DNA from: Balanoglossus misakiensis
Taxonomy: Eukaryota > Animalia > Hemichordata
Reading direction: 5' to 3'
DNA length: 64,000 bases
Assembly: GCA_040954595.2 (NCBI GenBank)
Contig: CM082588.2
Coordinates: 10,152,844-10,216,843 of the forward strand
Translations under genes and position numbers: made by a program
Notes under the pieces: model-generated
The model's input: only the letters and a program-made list of their open reading frames with translations
Told to the model about the DNA's origin: nothing
The model's database searches: none
Shown here: one piece after another, positions 14,808-27,800 of the stretch
Layout of the letters: every line of letters begins with the position of its first letter
How positions within the stretch are numbered: the stretch's first letter is position 1

Positions 14808-16611
14808 TATTAGCTCTGCTGTCACTTGTGTCAGCCGAGCTGTAGCAGTAGGTTGATAAATGTCTGTCCGTCGTCTGTCGTCCGTCATCCGTCGTCCGTC
14901 AACTTTTGGTATTTCAATCTTCTTCTATAAAACTACTTGGCATATTTAGCTGAAATTTGGTTAGAATGTGTGTTATGGTGCCCTTACCTGATTTTGTTAA
15001 TTTGGATTTGATCGGGTCATGAATATGCAAATTAGATCTAAAAATAAAATTTTTGGTAAAAAAATCTTCTTCTCCCTAACTACATGTACGATGGAGCTGA
15101 AATTTGGTAGGAATGTGTGTTATGGTGTCCCTACCTGATTTTTAGCTCTGCTGTCACTTGTGTCAGCCGAGCTGTAGCAGTAGGTTGATAAGTGTCCGTC
15201 CGTCGTCCGTCGTCTGTCGTCAGTCGTCTGTCGTCCGTCAACTTTTTGTATTTCAATCTTCTTCTTTAAAACAACTGGGCATATTTAGCTGAAATTTGGT
15301 TGGAATGTGTGTTATGGTGCCTTTAACTGATTTTGTTAATTTGGATTTGATGGGGTCATGAATATGCAAATTAGATCTAAAAATAGAACTTTTGGTAAAA
15401 ATCTTCTTCTCCACAACTACATGTGCAATGGACCTGAAATTTGGCAGGAATGTGTGTTATGGTGCCCCTACCTGATTTTGTAAATTTGGATTTGATGGGG
15501 TCATAAATATGCAAATTAGATCTAAAAATAGAATTTTGGTAAAAAATCTTCTTCTCCATAACTACATGTACAATGGAGCTGAAATTTGGTAGGAATGTGT
15601 GTTATGGTGCCCCTACCTGATTTTGTAAATTTGGATTTGATGGGGTCATAAATATGCAAATTAGATCTAAAAATATAATTTTTGGTCAAAAATTTTCTTC
15701 TCCCTAACTACATGTACGATGGAGCTGAAATATGGTAGGAATGTGTGTTATGATGCCCGTACTTGATTTTATAAATTTGGATATGATCGGGTCATGAATA
15801 TGTAAATTAGATCTAAAAATATAATTTTTGGTAAAAAATCTTCTTCTCCCTAACTATTTGTACGATGGAGCTGAAATTTAGTAGGAATGTGTGTTATAGT
15901 GTCCCTACCTGATTTTGTTAATTTGGATTTGATTGGGTCATAAATATGCAAATTAGATCTAAAAATAGAATTTTTGGTCAAAAATCTTCTTCTCCCTAAC
16001 TACATGTACGATGGCGCTGAAATTTAGTAGGAATGTGTGTTATGGTGCCCCTACCTGATTTTGCTAATTTGGATATGATGGGGTCATAAATATGCAAATT
16101 AGATCTAAAAATAGAATTGTTGGTCAAAAATCTTCTTCTCCCTAACTACATGTACGATGGCGCTGAAATTTAGTAGGAATGTGTGTTATGGTGCCCCTAC
16201 CTGATTTTGCTAATTTGGATATGATGGGGTCATAAATATGCAAATTAGATCTAAAAATATAATTTTTGGTAAAAAAATCTTCTCCCTAAATACATGTACG
16301 ATGGAGTTGAAATTTGGTAGAATGTGTGTTATGGTGCCCCTACCTGATTTTGTTTTATTGGAATTTTGATGGGGTCATGAATATGCAAATTAGAACATTG
16401 GTACTTCCTTTTGATGTTGTTCTTTAGAATTCAATTCTTTCTTTCTTTAGTGCAATGAATCAAGCTGAATTTGGATAAATACTTGTGATGTCTATGTTTG
16501 GTTTTGTTCAATAGAATACAATTGTTATGAATTAAAACCTAGGGTATTCATATCATCACCCAGGTTACACTGTTAAGGTCAGCAGAGCTCATTTGACCAA
16601 TAGGTCACTTG
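14808..16611 (+). mobile_element. Helentron-associated non-autonomous element (HINE) with ~146-bp internal tandem repeats and two 5' heads
   Basis: Empty site GATACAGCTTTT/AAATTTAGAGG is seen in sister monomers (e.g. 6376-6398). Structure: 5' sub-terminal inverted repeat AGCTCTGCTG, CGTC microsatellite, ~146-bp repeats, 3' CAGCAGAGCT, terminal hairpin TGACC-AATA-GGTCA, then CTTGT. No target-site duplication. A second head starts at ~15142. Confidence 0.88.
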
Positions 16612-19422
16612 TAAATTTAGAGGACTGGAACACCTAATGAAGTGCATGTGTTAACTTTAACACACTAATTATGTATATGAGCTATTTAAAGTTAACCAAT
16701 AAAGCGTAGAAGTCTGCTTTTTGTTGGACACTGATCAGTTTGGTATCAAATTTTGTTGGCACATTTTGCCTCACCTCTGGCGTACTTTACCATTTCTGGG
16801 CATCCACAACAGACACAGCCTCTGCTTTCTGTTGGAACCATGCTTAACACCTTGGTCCCTCCAATGCTACTTTTAGTTGTAATTGTCTTCTTCATGGCGG
16901 CCATATTGGATTTTCTAATAAGCTTTAAAGGTTGACATTTTCATAAACTACAGGGCCAATCAAGTTCTAATTTACTGTGCGGTTGAAAGTTTGATAAAAT
17001 ATCATTAGTGGTCATGTGACTTTTGGTGCCTTATTGGATTTTTTAAAAATCTCATTCAAAAATTACGAAAATCTTTTTCTAATCAAGTTTTCAAGTGAAT
17101 TGTGATTGGTTTAACCTTATCAGAGCCAAATTGGATTTTCTGAACTCCGATTAAAAGCTAAAATTCCTTTTTTTATCCTACTCATTGAAAGCACACAAAT
17201 TCTTTCTGTGGATACGAGTCACCATATGACTAGAATATGTTACATTTTTTGACAACTTTCATATGTTCTTTGATCCAGTTTTTTTTCAGTATTTGATTAA
17301 ACAATTTGTTGGTGACTCTCGCATGTCCTTTGATCCAGTAATTCCATAACTTAATTTTATGTGGATATGGCTCTTGATAAAAAGCTCAACAGTCATGATT
17401 TTGTTCAAAGAGTACTACTGCTGCCAGGACATAACCCAAATATTTTGATAATTTTGGCAATGACCTTTGATGTACTTTCCCATAACCTGGCCTGCACAAC
17501 AGATACAGCCTTCAGATTTTTAGGCCTTAAACACCTAATAAAGTATTAAACTTTAACACAAAAGTTGTGTACATAAGCTTTTTCTAGTTAACCAATTGAG
17601 AATAAAAGTCTGTTTTTTTGTTGAACACTGATCAGTTTGATGTCAAAATTTGTTGCCACAAATTTCCGTGACCTCTGGCTTACCTACCATTTCTAAGCAT
17701 CCACAACAGATACAGAGTTTGCTTTCTGTTGGAACCATGCTAACTGCTTTGGTCCCTGTAATGCTGCATGTTCCTTTAATTGTCTTCTTCAGGGTGGCCA
17801 TATTGGATTTTCTGATAACCTTTAAAAGATGACAGTTCTTTTCCAAAACTACAGGGACAATCAAGTTCGAATATACTGTGCAGTTCAAAGTTTGACTGTA
17901 ATATTGCTAGTAGTCATGTGACTTAGAATTCCTTATTAGATTTTTGAAAAATATCATTAAAACACTTTTTCTAATCAAGTTTTCAAGTGAATTGTGATTG
18001 GTTAAACCTTATTGGAGCCAAATTGGATTTTCTGAACAACGATTTAAAACTAAGATTTCCTATTTATGGCCTACTCATTGATAGCACAAACATTATTTAT
18101 ATGTATATGACTCACTATATGACCAGAATATGTTACCATTTTTGGCATATTGCACATGTCCTTTAATCCAGTTTTTCCAACACTTAATAATACAAATTTT
18201 TAGGCAACTTTCATTTGTCTTTTGATCCAGATCTTTCAGAACTTAATTAAAGTTTATTGAAGCCAAATTGGATTTTATGAATTCTGATTAAAAACTTTGA
18301 TTGCACACCAATTCTTTTTATAGATACGAGTCACCATATGACCAGAATACGTTGCATTTTTTGGCAACTTTCGCATGTACTTTGATCCATTTTTTTTTCA
18401 GAACTTAATTATTCGTGGATATGCCTCTTGTTGAAAAGCAAAACAGTGATGATTTATTTTTCACACGAATAGTACTGCTGCCAGGACATAACCCAAATTT
18501 TTTGATAATATTGGCATTGAACTTTGTCCTAAGTTTGGCACCTGTATTCTTTTCTGAATATCTTATGGCGACTAGACTAATAGCACTAGAGGTTTGGTTT
18601 TTGATGTATATGGACAAGTATGGGACTTAGCTTTTTTTGTTACATTTGGAATCCACTGGACCAATGTTGAGCTTATTAAATATGTGAATATCTAATGCTG
18701 AGCTTACCCATATTGTTACAGGTTGAATTTTTTATGAACATGCTCTACTATTGGACTTAATTTTTTTGCTGAATTTCTTGACCAATGATAACCTTATAAA
18801 TATGTGCTTACGTAATTGTAGACTAGATAATGAAGCTTTGAGTCTGGGTTTTCTTGAACATTCACCAGTATGCGATCACATTTTTTTCTGACATTTTTGT
18901 TAGCTTTGGTTACCTTAAACCTATTTTCCCTGCCTTGGCATGCACAGCAGATAACGCCTTCAAATTTTGAGGGCTGGAACACCTAATTACCAGGTTAACC
19001 AATAGAGCCAGAAGTCTTGTTTTTCATTTTACACTGATAATTTTGGAAGAAACATTTGTTGACAATTTTGGGTGAGCTCTTGGTGACCTTTGATCTGCTT
19101 TCCTATATACATAGCAGATACAGCATTGGCACTCTCTGGTATCCATAGGAACTGCTTTGACCTAGCCAATGTTTGTTGCACTTTATTTTTTTTTCATTAA
19201 TTGACGATATGTACCCCTTGACCCGCAGTATGTTGGGTTGGGCTGGCTTGCCAAATTAATCCTATTATTATCATTGATTTCATGCATTTAATTCTTTCAT
19301 TCTTTTTTTTTTGTAGGTCCCACCGGTACTCTTCTCCTTCTCTCTCTCTTTCTTTCTTTCTTTCTTTTTTTCTCTTCTTTTCTCTTTTTTTTCTTTTTTT
19401 CCCTGTAGGCCCCAATGGTAAC

Positions 19423-19882
19423 ACCATAATCAACCTACTAACGTAAAATTTGATGGATGGATGGAGCGGAGTGTCAACCATAGTCAACCTACTAATATAA
19501 ACTTTGATGGATGAATGGAGCGGAGTGTCAACCATAGTCAACCTACTAATATAAACTTTGATGGATGGATGGAGCGGAGCGTCAACCATAGTCAACTTAC
19601 TAAAATATAAACTTTGATGGATGGATGGTGCCGCGGAGCGTCAACTTAAAGGATGGAGAAGTGGAAGGATGGAGAAGTGGAGTTTTTTCTCTGTTTTTTC
19701 CTCTTTTTCTTTCCTGTAGGGCACACTGGTAACACCATAATCAACCAACTAACGTAAAATTTGATGGGAGGATGGAGCGGAGAGTCAACCATAGTCAACC
19801 TACTAATATAAACTTTGATGGATGGATGGATGGAGCGTCAACCTAAAGGATGGAGAAGTGGAAGAATGGAGAAGTGGAGTTT
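19423..19882. repeat. 54-bp minisatellite (4 + 2 copies) within a local duplication, next to a CT-rich low-complexity tract
   Basis: ACCATAGTCAACCTACTAATATAAACTTTGATGGATGGATGGAGCGGAG recurs at 19477, 19531 and 19585. The block is repeated at ~19700-19882. Confidence 0.9.
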
Positions 19883-20199
19883 CAACATAATATCCTATTG
19901 ACCAAAATTATAAGATAGAGTAATATAGACGTACAAAACGAGGTGATCGTAATATAAAACTTAATAGTCCAATAAATCGGGTTAATAATTGGTAGTGATT
20001 ACTTGTTTTAAAATTAGGTTAACAGCAATGGCTTTGTGCAGGGTATGATAATAGGTTCCGAAATGTGTATGGTATAATAACGGTGAACAAATTTGAATTT
20101 GGTTTAATAAAAGGGTTACAAATGTGATGATGGTTTTATGGTAAAATTTGAGTGTACACAGGTTATAAAGGGGTAACAACGGTTGCTTGTATGAAGGGA

Positions 20200-20715
20200 A
20201 TAATATTAGGGTAACAAATGTGGTATAAAGGTATAACGGGTTTATAATATGATGATGGCTTGTGTACACAGGTTATAATGGGTATATGAATGAGAAGGGT
20301 ATAATAATAGTAATAACTGTGTCGGGTTTAATAAGGGTAACAATTGTGCAAGGGTATAATAACGATTAATAATTGTGGTGATGGCTTATGGTGATATTAA
20401 GTATAAAAAGGGTGTTAATATTGATGATGATGACAGAGGTATAATAATGATAAAATGTTAAATAAGTGTCCAAGGTCTAATAATCATGTTGGTTCATTCA
20501 TTGGTTAATGTGTATATTTTATGAATAACATGCTATTATTTCTCAGATAGATAATACTCGTCAGCATCGTTATTCGGTGGAATTTCTCGCAACGGTACCC
20601 GTGATTGTATTCGCGCATCGACACATTGTACGCGACAGACAGGCAGAAAATGTTAGCACAATGTTAGGTTAGCTTAACCTCCCCACCCCATCCAAATTCC
20701 AAATTTAGCTTAGAT
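20200..20715. repeat. Dispersed AT-rich block, paralogous to ~39850-40342 and ~53930-54438
   Basis: Shared motifs GGTTCATTCATTGGTTAATGTGTATATTTT, CATTGTACGCGACAGACA and CCTCCCCACCCCATC-AAATTCCAAATTTAGCTT. Confidence 0.85.
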
Positions 20716-21100
20716 CATGGGGTGAGAGGAGGAGAGGACAGTTTTTTTTCCCTCTTTTGTAATTGGTATGAGGTTTTTTAACTGCCCTTTAGGCGCGTAA
20801 ATTAGATGTGTGTTATCATACATGTAGTTATCTTGCTTTATTTTAAAACAATTGTGAATGAGCTCTGCGAGATTATGTACACGATAGTGTGTTATATAAC
20901 GCTAAGGTAAAAGTAAACTTAACCCACTAACCCATCACACTATTGTGTGCATAATTAGCAGATGCTATTTTGACTGGCCCATTGTTCAACCAAATGACAC
21001 CTTGTTTCAAAAAGAGCTGAAACTATATTGGTTAATTTCTTTCAGTTTAACCACATGACACATTGTTTCAAATTGGCCTGCAAGATATGCTACTTGAACT

Positions 21101-21130
21101 CCCCCCCCCACCCCCACCCCCCCCCCCCCC
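21101..21130. repeat. Poly-C tract (G-quadruplex potential on the minus strand)
   Basis: CCCCCCCCCACCCCCACCCCCCCCCCCCCC. Confidence 0.9.
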
Positions 21131-21324
21131 AAAACAATAAATTAGGGATTAATCACTCGCTATATTATGAACATTCACATGAAAATTATGCAACCAATTT
21201 AAAGGTATTCTGGAGGCGTCTTCTGATGTCAGGTGGTTCAAATCCACCGATACCTAAGCTGGAAACATAACTTTTCATTGGTGTTCATATATGGCGAATA
21301 AAACATGCATATTCGTATTATCAT

Positions 21325-21408
21325 ATTTCAGATATGAACGAATTGAAATAGATTCTTTTCGATATGATTTCAGAAATGAACGAATTCAAATAGATTCTTT
21401 TCGATATG
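21325..21408. repeat. 42-bp tandem duplication
   Basis: ATTTCAGA(T/A)ATGAACGAATT(G/C)AAATAGATTCTTTTCGATATG occurs twice. Confidence 0.9.
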
Positions 21409-21488
21409 TCACTATAAACTTTAATCCCATTTCACCCCTTTTACTCAAAATGTAATGTTTAAATAGCAAAGAAGTTAATCACTAAACG

Positions 21489-21863
21489 CATTCTCGCAAG
21501 CCAGAGCCGACCGTGTTTCCGCTCCGCGGAGCTACGCAAAAAACGGGCTCTGGCAGATTACAGTAGGGAACCCCGGAATTTAGGACGTAGACTAATGAAT
21601 TATTCATGAGAAACGACATTGGAATTAGCCAATCAGTAGTCGTTTTATCGCGAGCTCTTCGGCTGCTGTCAGCTTTAAATCCGCCATTTTGCACTGTCAT
21701 TTAAATAAGTTATGCAGTTTTATGAGACGGGCTCTCTGATTGGTTCCTTTGTCTGGCTGCTGGAACTGACGCTGGGATCCGCGAAAACCTTCCAAATCCA
21801 CCACGGCCTGTTGGCGGTAGCGCGTAGCAGTTGCCGTAAACAGGTCGTGGTTTTACGACGATG
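21489..21863. mobile_element. Non-autonomous DNA transposon (MITE) with 9-bp target-site duplication, MuDR-like
   Basis: Flanked by CACTAAACG at 21480-21488 and 21864-21872. Imperfect terminal inverted repeats CATTCTCGCAAGCCA / TGGTTTTACGACGATG. GC-rich interior. Superfamily is inferred only from the duplication length. Confidence 0.75.
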
Positions 21864-21864
21864 C

Positions 21865-24800
21865 ACTAAACGTTGACACCGGGGTTTAAAATGCATACAG
21901 GGATACTAAAAGTTGACTGAAATCCCTGGGTTAATACGTGTCCAAAAGCAATTTTATTTGACATTGCTAATGCAACGATGACATTGAATCTGATTCTTTG
22001 CATTAGGGGGAATGGCGATGCAAGCTTGATGATGCAGCCAGGTAGATAGTGATGCAAACACTTCACTTTGACATAGGTATTTAATGCATGTGCATGGGTA
22101 TTTAATGTTGACTGTAAATCCCCAGGTTAATACGTGGCCAAAAGCACTGTAATTTGACATTGCTAATGCTACCGTGACACTAAATCTGATTCTTGCATCA
22201 GGGTAAATTGTGAAGCAAGCTTGATGATGCATCATGATAGATGGTGTTTCAAGCCCTTCACATTGACATTGGAATATAACGCATATGGGGATTTAAAGTT
22301 GATTGTATATCCTCAGGTTAATACGTGGCCATAAGCACTGTAATTTGACATTGCTAATGCAACGATGATATTGAATCTGATTCTTTGCATCAGGGTAAAT
22401 GGCGATGCAAGCTTGATGATGCATCCCGGTAGATAGTGATGCAAACACTTCACTTTGACATGGGTATTTAATGCATGCGCATTGATATTTAAAGTTGACT
22501 CTAAATCCCGAGGTTAATACATGGCCAAAAGCACTGTAATTTAAAATTACTAATGCAAGCGTGACATTGAATATGGATAAATGGTGAAGCAAACGTGATG
22601 ATGCATCAGGATAGATGGTGTTTGAAGCCCTTCACATTGACTTTTGAATATAATGCATATGGGGATTTAAAGTTGATTGTAAATCCCTAGGTTAATACAT
22701 GGCCAAAAGCACTTTTATTTGACATTGCTAATGCAACGGTGACATTGAATCTGATTCTATGCATCAGGGTAAATGGCGATACAGGCTTGATGATGCATCA
22801 CGGTAGATAGTGATGCAAACAGTTCACTCTGACATGGGTATTAAATGCATATGGGGATTTCAAGTTGATTACAAATCCCTGGGTTAATACGCACCCAAAA
22901 GCACTGTAGTTTGACATTGCTAATGAAATGGTGACATTGAATCTGATTCTATGCATCAGGGTAAATGGCGATACAGGCTTGATGATGCATCACGGTAGAT
23001 AGTGATGCAAACAGTTCACTCTGACATGGGTATTAAATGCATATGGGGATTTCAAGTTGATTACAAATCCCTGGGTTAATACGCACCCAAAAGCACTGTA
23101 GTTTGACATTGCTAATGAAATGGTGACATTGAATGTAATTCTTTGCATTAGGGGAAATGGCTAAAAGTTTAATGATGCATTGGAGTAGATGGTGATGCAA
23201 GCTATGCATTTTGACATAGGTATTTAATGCATGTGCATGGGTATTTAATGTTGACTGTAAATCCCTAGGTTAATACATGTCCAAAAGCACTGTAATTTAA
23301 AATTGCTAATGCAAGGGTGACATTGAATCTGATTCTTTGCATCAGGGCAAATTCTGAAGAATGCTTGATGATGCACCAGGGTCAATGGTGATGCAATCAC
23401 TAAACTTTTACACCGGGGTTTAAAATGTATACAGGGGGATTAAAAGTTGACTGTAAATCCCCAGGTTAATACAAGTCCAAAAGCACTTTAATTTGACATT
23501 GCTAATACAACGGTGACATTTAATCTGATTCTTTGCATCAGGGAAAATGGTGAAGCAAGCTTAATAATGCATCGGAGTAAATGGTGATGCAAGCTCTGCA
23601 CTTTGACATAGGTATTAAATGTATATGCATGGGTATTTAAAGTTGTCCGTAAATCCCGAGGTTAATACGTGGCCATAGGCACTGTAATTTGACATTGCTA
23701 ATGCTACCGTGATACTAAATCTGATTCTTTGCATCAGGGTAAATTGTGAAGCAAGCTTGATGATGTATCATGATAGATGGTGTTTCAAGCCCTTCACATT
23801 GACATTGGAATATAACGCACATGGGGATTTAAAGTTGATTGTATGGCCAAAAGCACTGTAATTTGACATTGCTAATGCTACAGTGACATTGAATCTGATT
23901 CTTTGCATTAGGGCAAATGGCGAAGCAAGCTTGATGATGCATCACGGTAGATATTGATGCAAGCACTTCGCTTTGACATAGGTATAAAATTCATATGGGG
24001 ATTTCAAGTTGATTATAAATCCCTGGGTTAATATGTGGCCGAAAGCACTTTTATTTGCCATTGCTAATGCTATGGTGACACTGATTATTTGCATCAGGGT
24101 TAATGGCGAAGCAGCTTGATGATGCATCAGGATAGATGGTGATGCAAGCTCTGCACTTTGACATGAGGATTAAATGCATGCTGAGGGGGATTTAAAGTTG
24201 TCAAAACAAACTTGATGATGCATCAGGGTAGAAGGTATTTCAAGCCCTTCACATTGACATTGGAATATAACGCATATGGGGATTTAAAGTTGATTGTAAA
24301 TCCCCAGGTTGATACGTGGCCATAAGCACTGTAGTTTGACATTGCTAATGCTACCGTGACATTAAATCTGATTCTTTCCATCGGGGTAAATTGTGAAGCA
24401 AGCTTGATGATGCATCAGGACAGATGGTGTTTCAAGCCCTTCACATTGACAATGGAATATAACGCATATGGGGATTGAAAATCCCTAGGTTAATACATGG
24501 CCAAAAGCACTGTAATTTAAAATTGCAAATGCAATGGTGACATTGAATGTCATTCTTTGCATTAGGGGAAATGGCGTAGCAAGCATAATGGTACATCAGA
24601 GTAGATGGTGATGCAAGCTCTGCACTTTGACATAGATATTTAATGCATATGCATGGGTATTTAATGTCGACTGTAAATCCCCAGGTTAATATATGTCCAA
24701 AAGCACTGTAATTTAAAATTGCTAATGCAAGGGTGACATTGAATCTGATTCTTTGCATTATGGGGAATGGCGATGCAAACCTAATGATGCATCAGAGTAG

Positions 24801-27800
24801 ATGGTGATGCAAGCTCTGCACTTTGACATAGGTATTTAATGTATATGCATGGGTATTTAAAGTTGTCTGTAAATTCCCAGGTTAATACGTGGCAATAAGC
24901 ACTGTAATTTGACATTGCTAATGAAATGGTGACGCTGAATGTGATTTTTTGCATCAGGGTAAATTGTGAAGCAAGCTTGATGATGCATCAGGATAGATGG
25001 TGTTTCAAGCCCTTCACTTGACATTGGAATATAACGCATATGGGGATTTAAAGTTAATTGCAAATCCATAGGTTAATACATGGCCAAAAACACTGTAATT
25101 TAAAATTGCTAATGCAATGGTGACATTGAATGTGATTCTTTGCATTAGGGGAAATGGCGTAGCAAGCCTAATGGTGCATCAGAGTAAATGGTGATGCAAG
25201 CTCTACACTTTGACATAGGTATTTAATGGATATGCATGGGTATTTAATGTTGACTGTAAATCCTCAGGTTAATACGTGGCCATAAGCACTGTAATTTGAC
25301 ATTGCTAATGCAACGGTGACATTGAATCTGATTCTTTGCATAAGGGTGAATGGCGATGCAAGCTTGATGATGCATCACGGTAGATAGTGATGCAAACACT
25401 TCACTTTGACATGGGTATCAAATGCATATAGGGATTTGCTAATGCTACCATGACACTAAATCTGATTTTTTGCATCAGGGAAAATGGTGAAGCAAGCTTG
25501 ATGATGCATCATGATAGATGGTGTTTCAAGCCCTTCACATTGACATTAGAATATAATGCATATGGGGATTTAAAGTTGATTGTAAATCCCCAGGTTAGTA
25601 TACGGCCAAACGCACTATAATTTGACATTGCTAATGCAACAGTGACATTGAATCTGATTCTTTGCATTAGGGCAAATGGCGAAGCAAGCTTGATGATGCA
25701 TCACGGTAGATATTGATGCAAGCACTTCGCTTTGACATAGGTATAAAATTCATATAGGGATTTCAAGTTGATTATAAATCCCTGGGTTAATATGTGGCCG
25801 AAAGCACTTTTATTTGCCATTGCTAATGCTATGGCGACACTAAATCTGATTCTTTGCATCAGGGTAAATTGTGAAGAAAGCTTGATGATGCATCAGTATA
25901 GATGGTGTTTCAAGCCGTTCAAGTTAACATTGCAATATAATGCATATGGGGATTTGAAGTTGATTGTAAACCCGCAAGTTAATACATGGCCAAATGCTCA
26001 GTAATTTGACATTGCTGATGCTATGGTGACACTGATTATTTGCATCAGGGTTAATGGCGAAACAAACTTGATGATGCATCAGGGTAGATGGTATTTCAAG
26101 CCCTTCACATTGACATTGGAATATAATGCATATGGGGATTTAAAGTTGATTGTAAATCCCCAGGTTAATACATAGCCAAAAGCACTGTAATTTGACATGG
26201 CTAATGCTACTGTGATACTAAATCTGATTCTTTGCATCAGGGCATATAGCGAAGCATGCTTGGTGATGCATCAGGATCAATGGTGATGGAGACACTGCAC
26301 TTTGACATGCGTATTTAATGCATATGCACAGATGTTTAAAGTTGACTGTAAATCGCCAGGTTAATACGTGGCCAAAAGCACAGTAATTTGACATTGCGAA
26401 TGCAACAGTGACATTTAATCTGATTCTTTGCATTAAGGCAAATGGCGAAGCATGCTTGACGATGCATCACAGTAGATAGTGATGCAAACACTTCGCTTAG
26501 ACATGGGTATAAAAAGCATATAGGGATTTCAAATAGATTATAAATCCCTGTGTTAATACGTGTCCAAAAGCACTGTAATTTGACATTGCTTATGCAATGG
26601 TGACACTATATCTGATTCTTTGCATCAGGGCAAATGGCGAAGCAGCTTGATGATGCATCAGGATAGATGGTGATGCAAGCTCTGCACTTTGACATGGGGA
26701 TTAAATGCATGCTGAGGGGGATTTAAAGTTGTCAAAACAAACTTGATGATGCATCAGGGTAGATGGTATTTCAAGCCCTTCACATTGACATTGGAATATA
26801 ACGCATATGGGGATTTAAAGTTGATTGTAAATCCCCAGGTTGATACGTGGCCATAAGCACTGTAGTTTGACATTGCTAATGCTACCATGACATTAAATCT
26901 GATTCTTTCCATCGGGGTAAATTGTGAAGCAAGCTTGATGATGCATCAGGACAGATGGTGTTTCAAGCCCTTCACATTGACAATGGAATATAACGCATAT
27001 GGGGATTTAAAGTTGATTGAAAATCCCTAGGTTAATACATGGCCAAAAGCACTGTAATTTACAATTGCAAATGCAATGGTGACATTGAATGTCATTCTTT
27101 GCATTAGGGGAAATGGCGTAGCGAGCATAATGGTGCATCAGAGTAGATGGTGATGTAAGCTATGCATTGTGACATAGGTATTTAATGCCTATGCATGGGT
27201 ATTTAATGTTGACTGTAAATCCCCAGGTTAATACATGTCCAAAAGCACTGTAATTTAAAATTGCTAATGCAAGGGTGATATTGAATCTGATTCTTTGCAT
27301 CAGGGCAAATTCTGAAGAATGCTTGATGATGCACCAGGGTCAATGGTGATGCAATCACTAAACTTTGACACCGGGGTTTAAAATGTATACAGGGGGATTA
27401 AAAGTTGACTGTAAATCCCCAGGTTAATACAAGTCCAAAAGCACCGTAATTTGACATTGATAATACAACGGTGACATTTAAACTGATTCTTTGCATCAGG
27501 GCAAATGGTGAAGCAAGCTTAATAATGCATCGGAGTATATGGTGATGCAAGCTCTGCATTTTGACATAGGTATTAAATGTATATGCATGGGTATTTAAAG
27601 TTGTCTGTAAATCCCCAGGTTAATACGTGGCCATAATCACTGTAATTTGACATTGCTAATGCTACCGTGATACTAAATCTGATTCTTTGCATCAGGGTAA
27701 ATTGTGAAGCAAGCTTGATGATGTATCATGATAGATGGTGTTTCAAGCCCTTCACATTGACATTGGAATATAACGCATATGGGGATTTAAAGTTGATTGT

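Larger units (their letters stand above)
3893..19170. repeat. Complex satellite: ~0.9-kb monomers, each containing a variably amplified 116-bp module
   Basis: Monomer start (G/C)ACCTCTGGC...CTTTCTGTTGGAACCATGCTAAC recurs at ~3893, 5651, 6548, 7904, 12145, 13043, 14072, 16772 and 17670, with a truncated copy at ~8998 and a degenerate one near 19080. Segment 5460-9630 is duplicated at 11950-17460. Confidence 0.93.

Noticed and set aside
4374-18630. Recurrent short ORFs (e.g. KIIKIFGLCPGSNKTHVN, LLSVGTMLTAL) suggesting a peptide gene family
   Set aside because: They are translations of satellite monomers, with inconsistent starts, stops and frames between copies.
19197-19595. 132-aa minus-strand ORF with a Lys/Arg/Glu-rich tract
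   Set aside because: Derived from the 54-bp minisatellite and the CT-rich low-complexity sequence.
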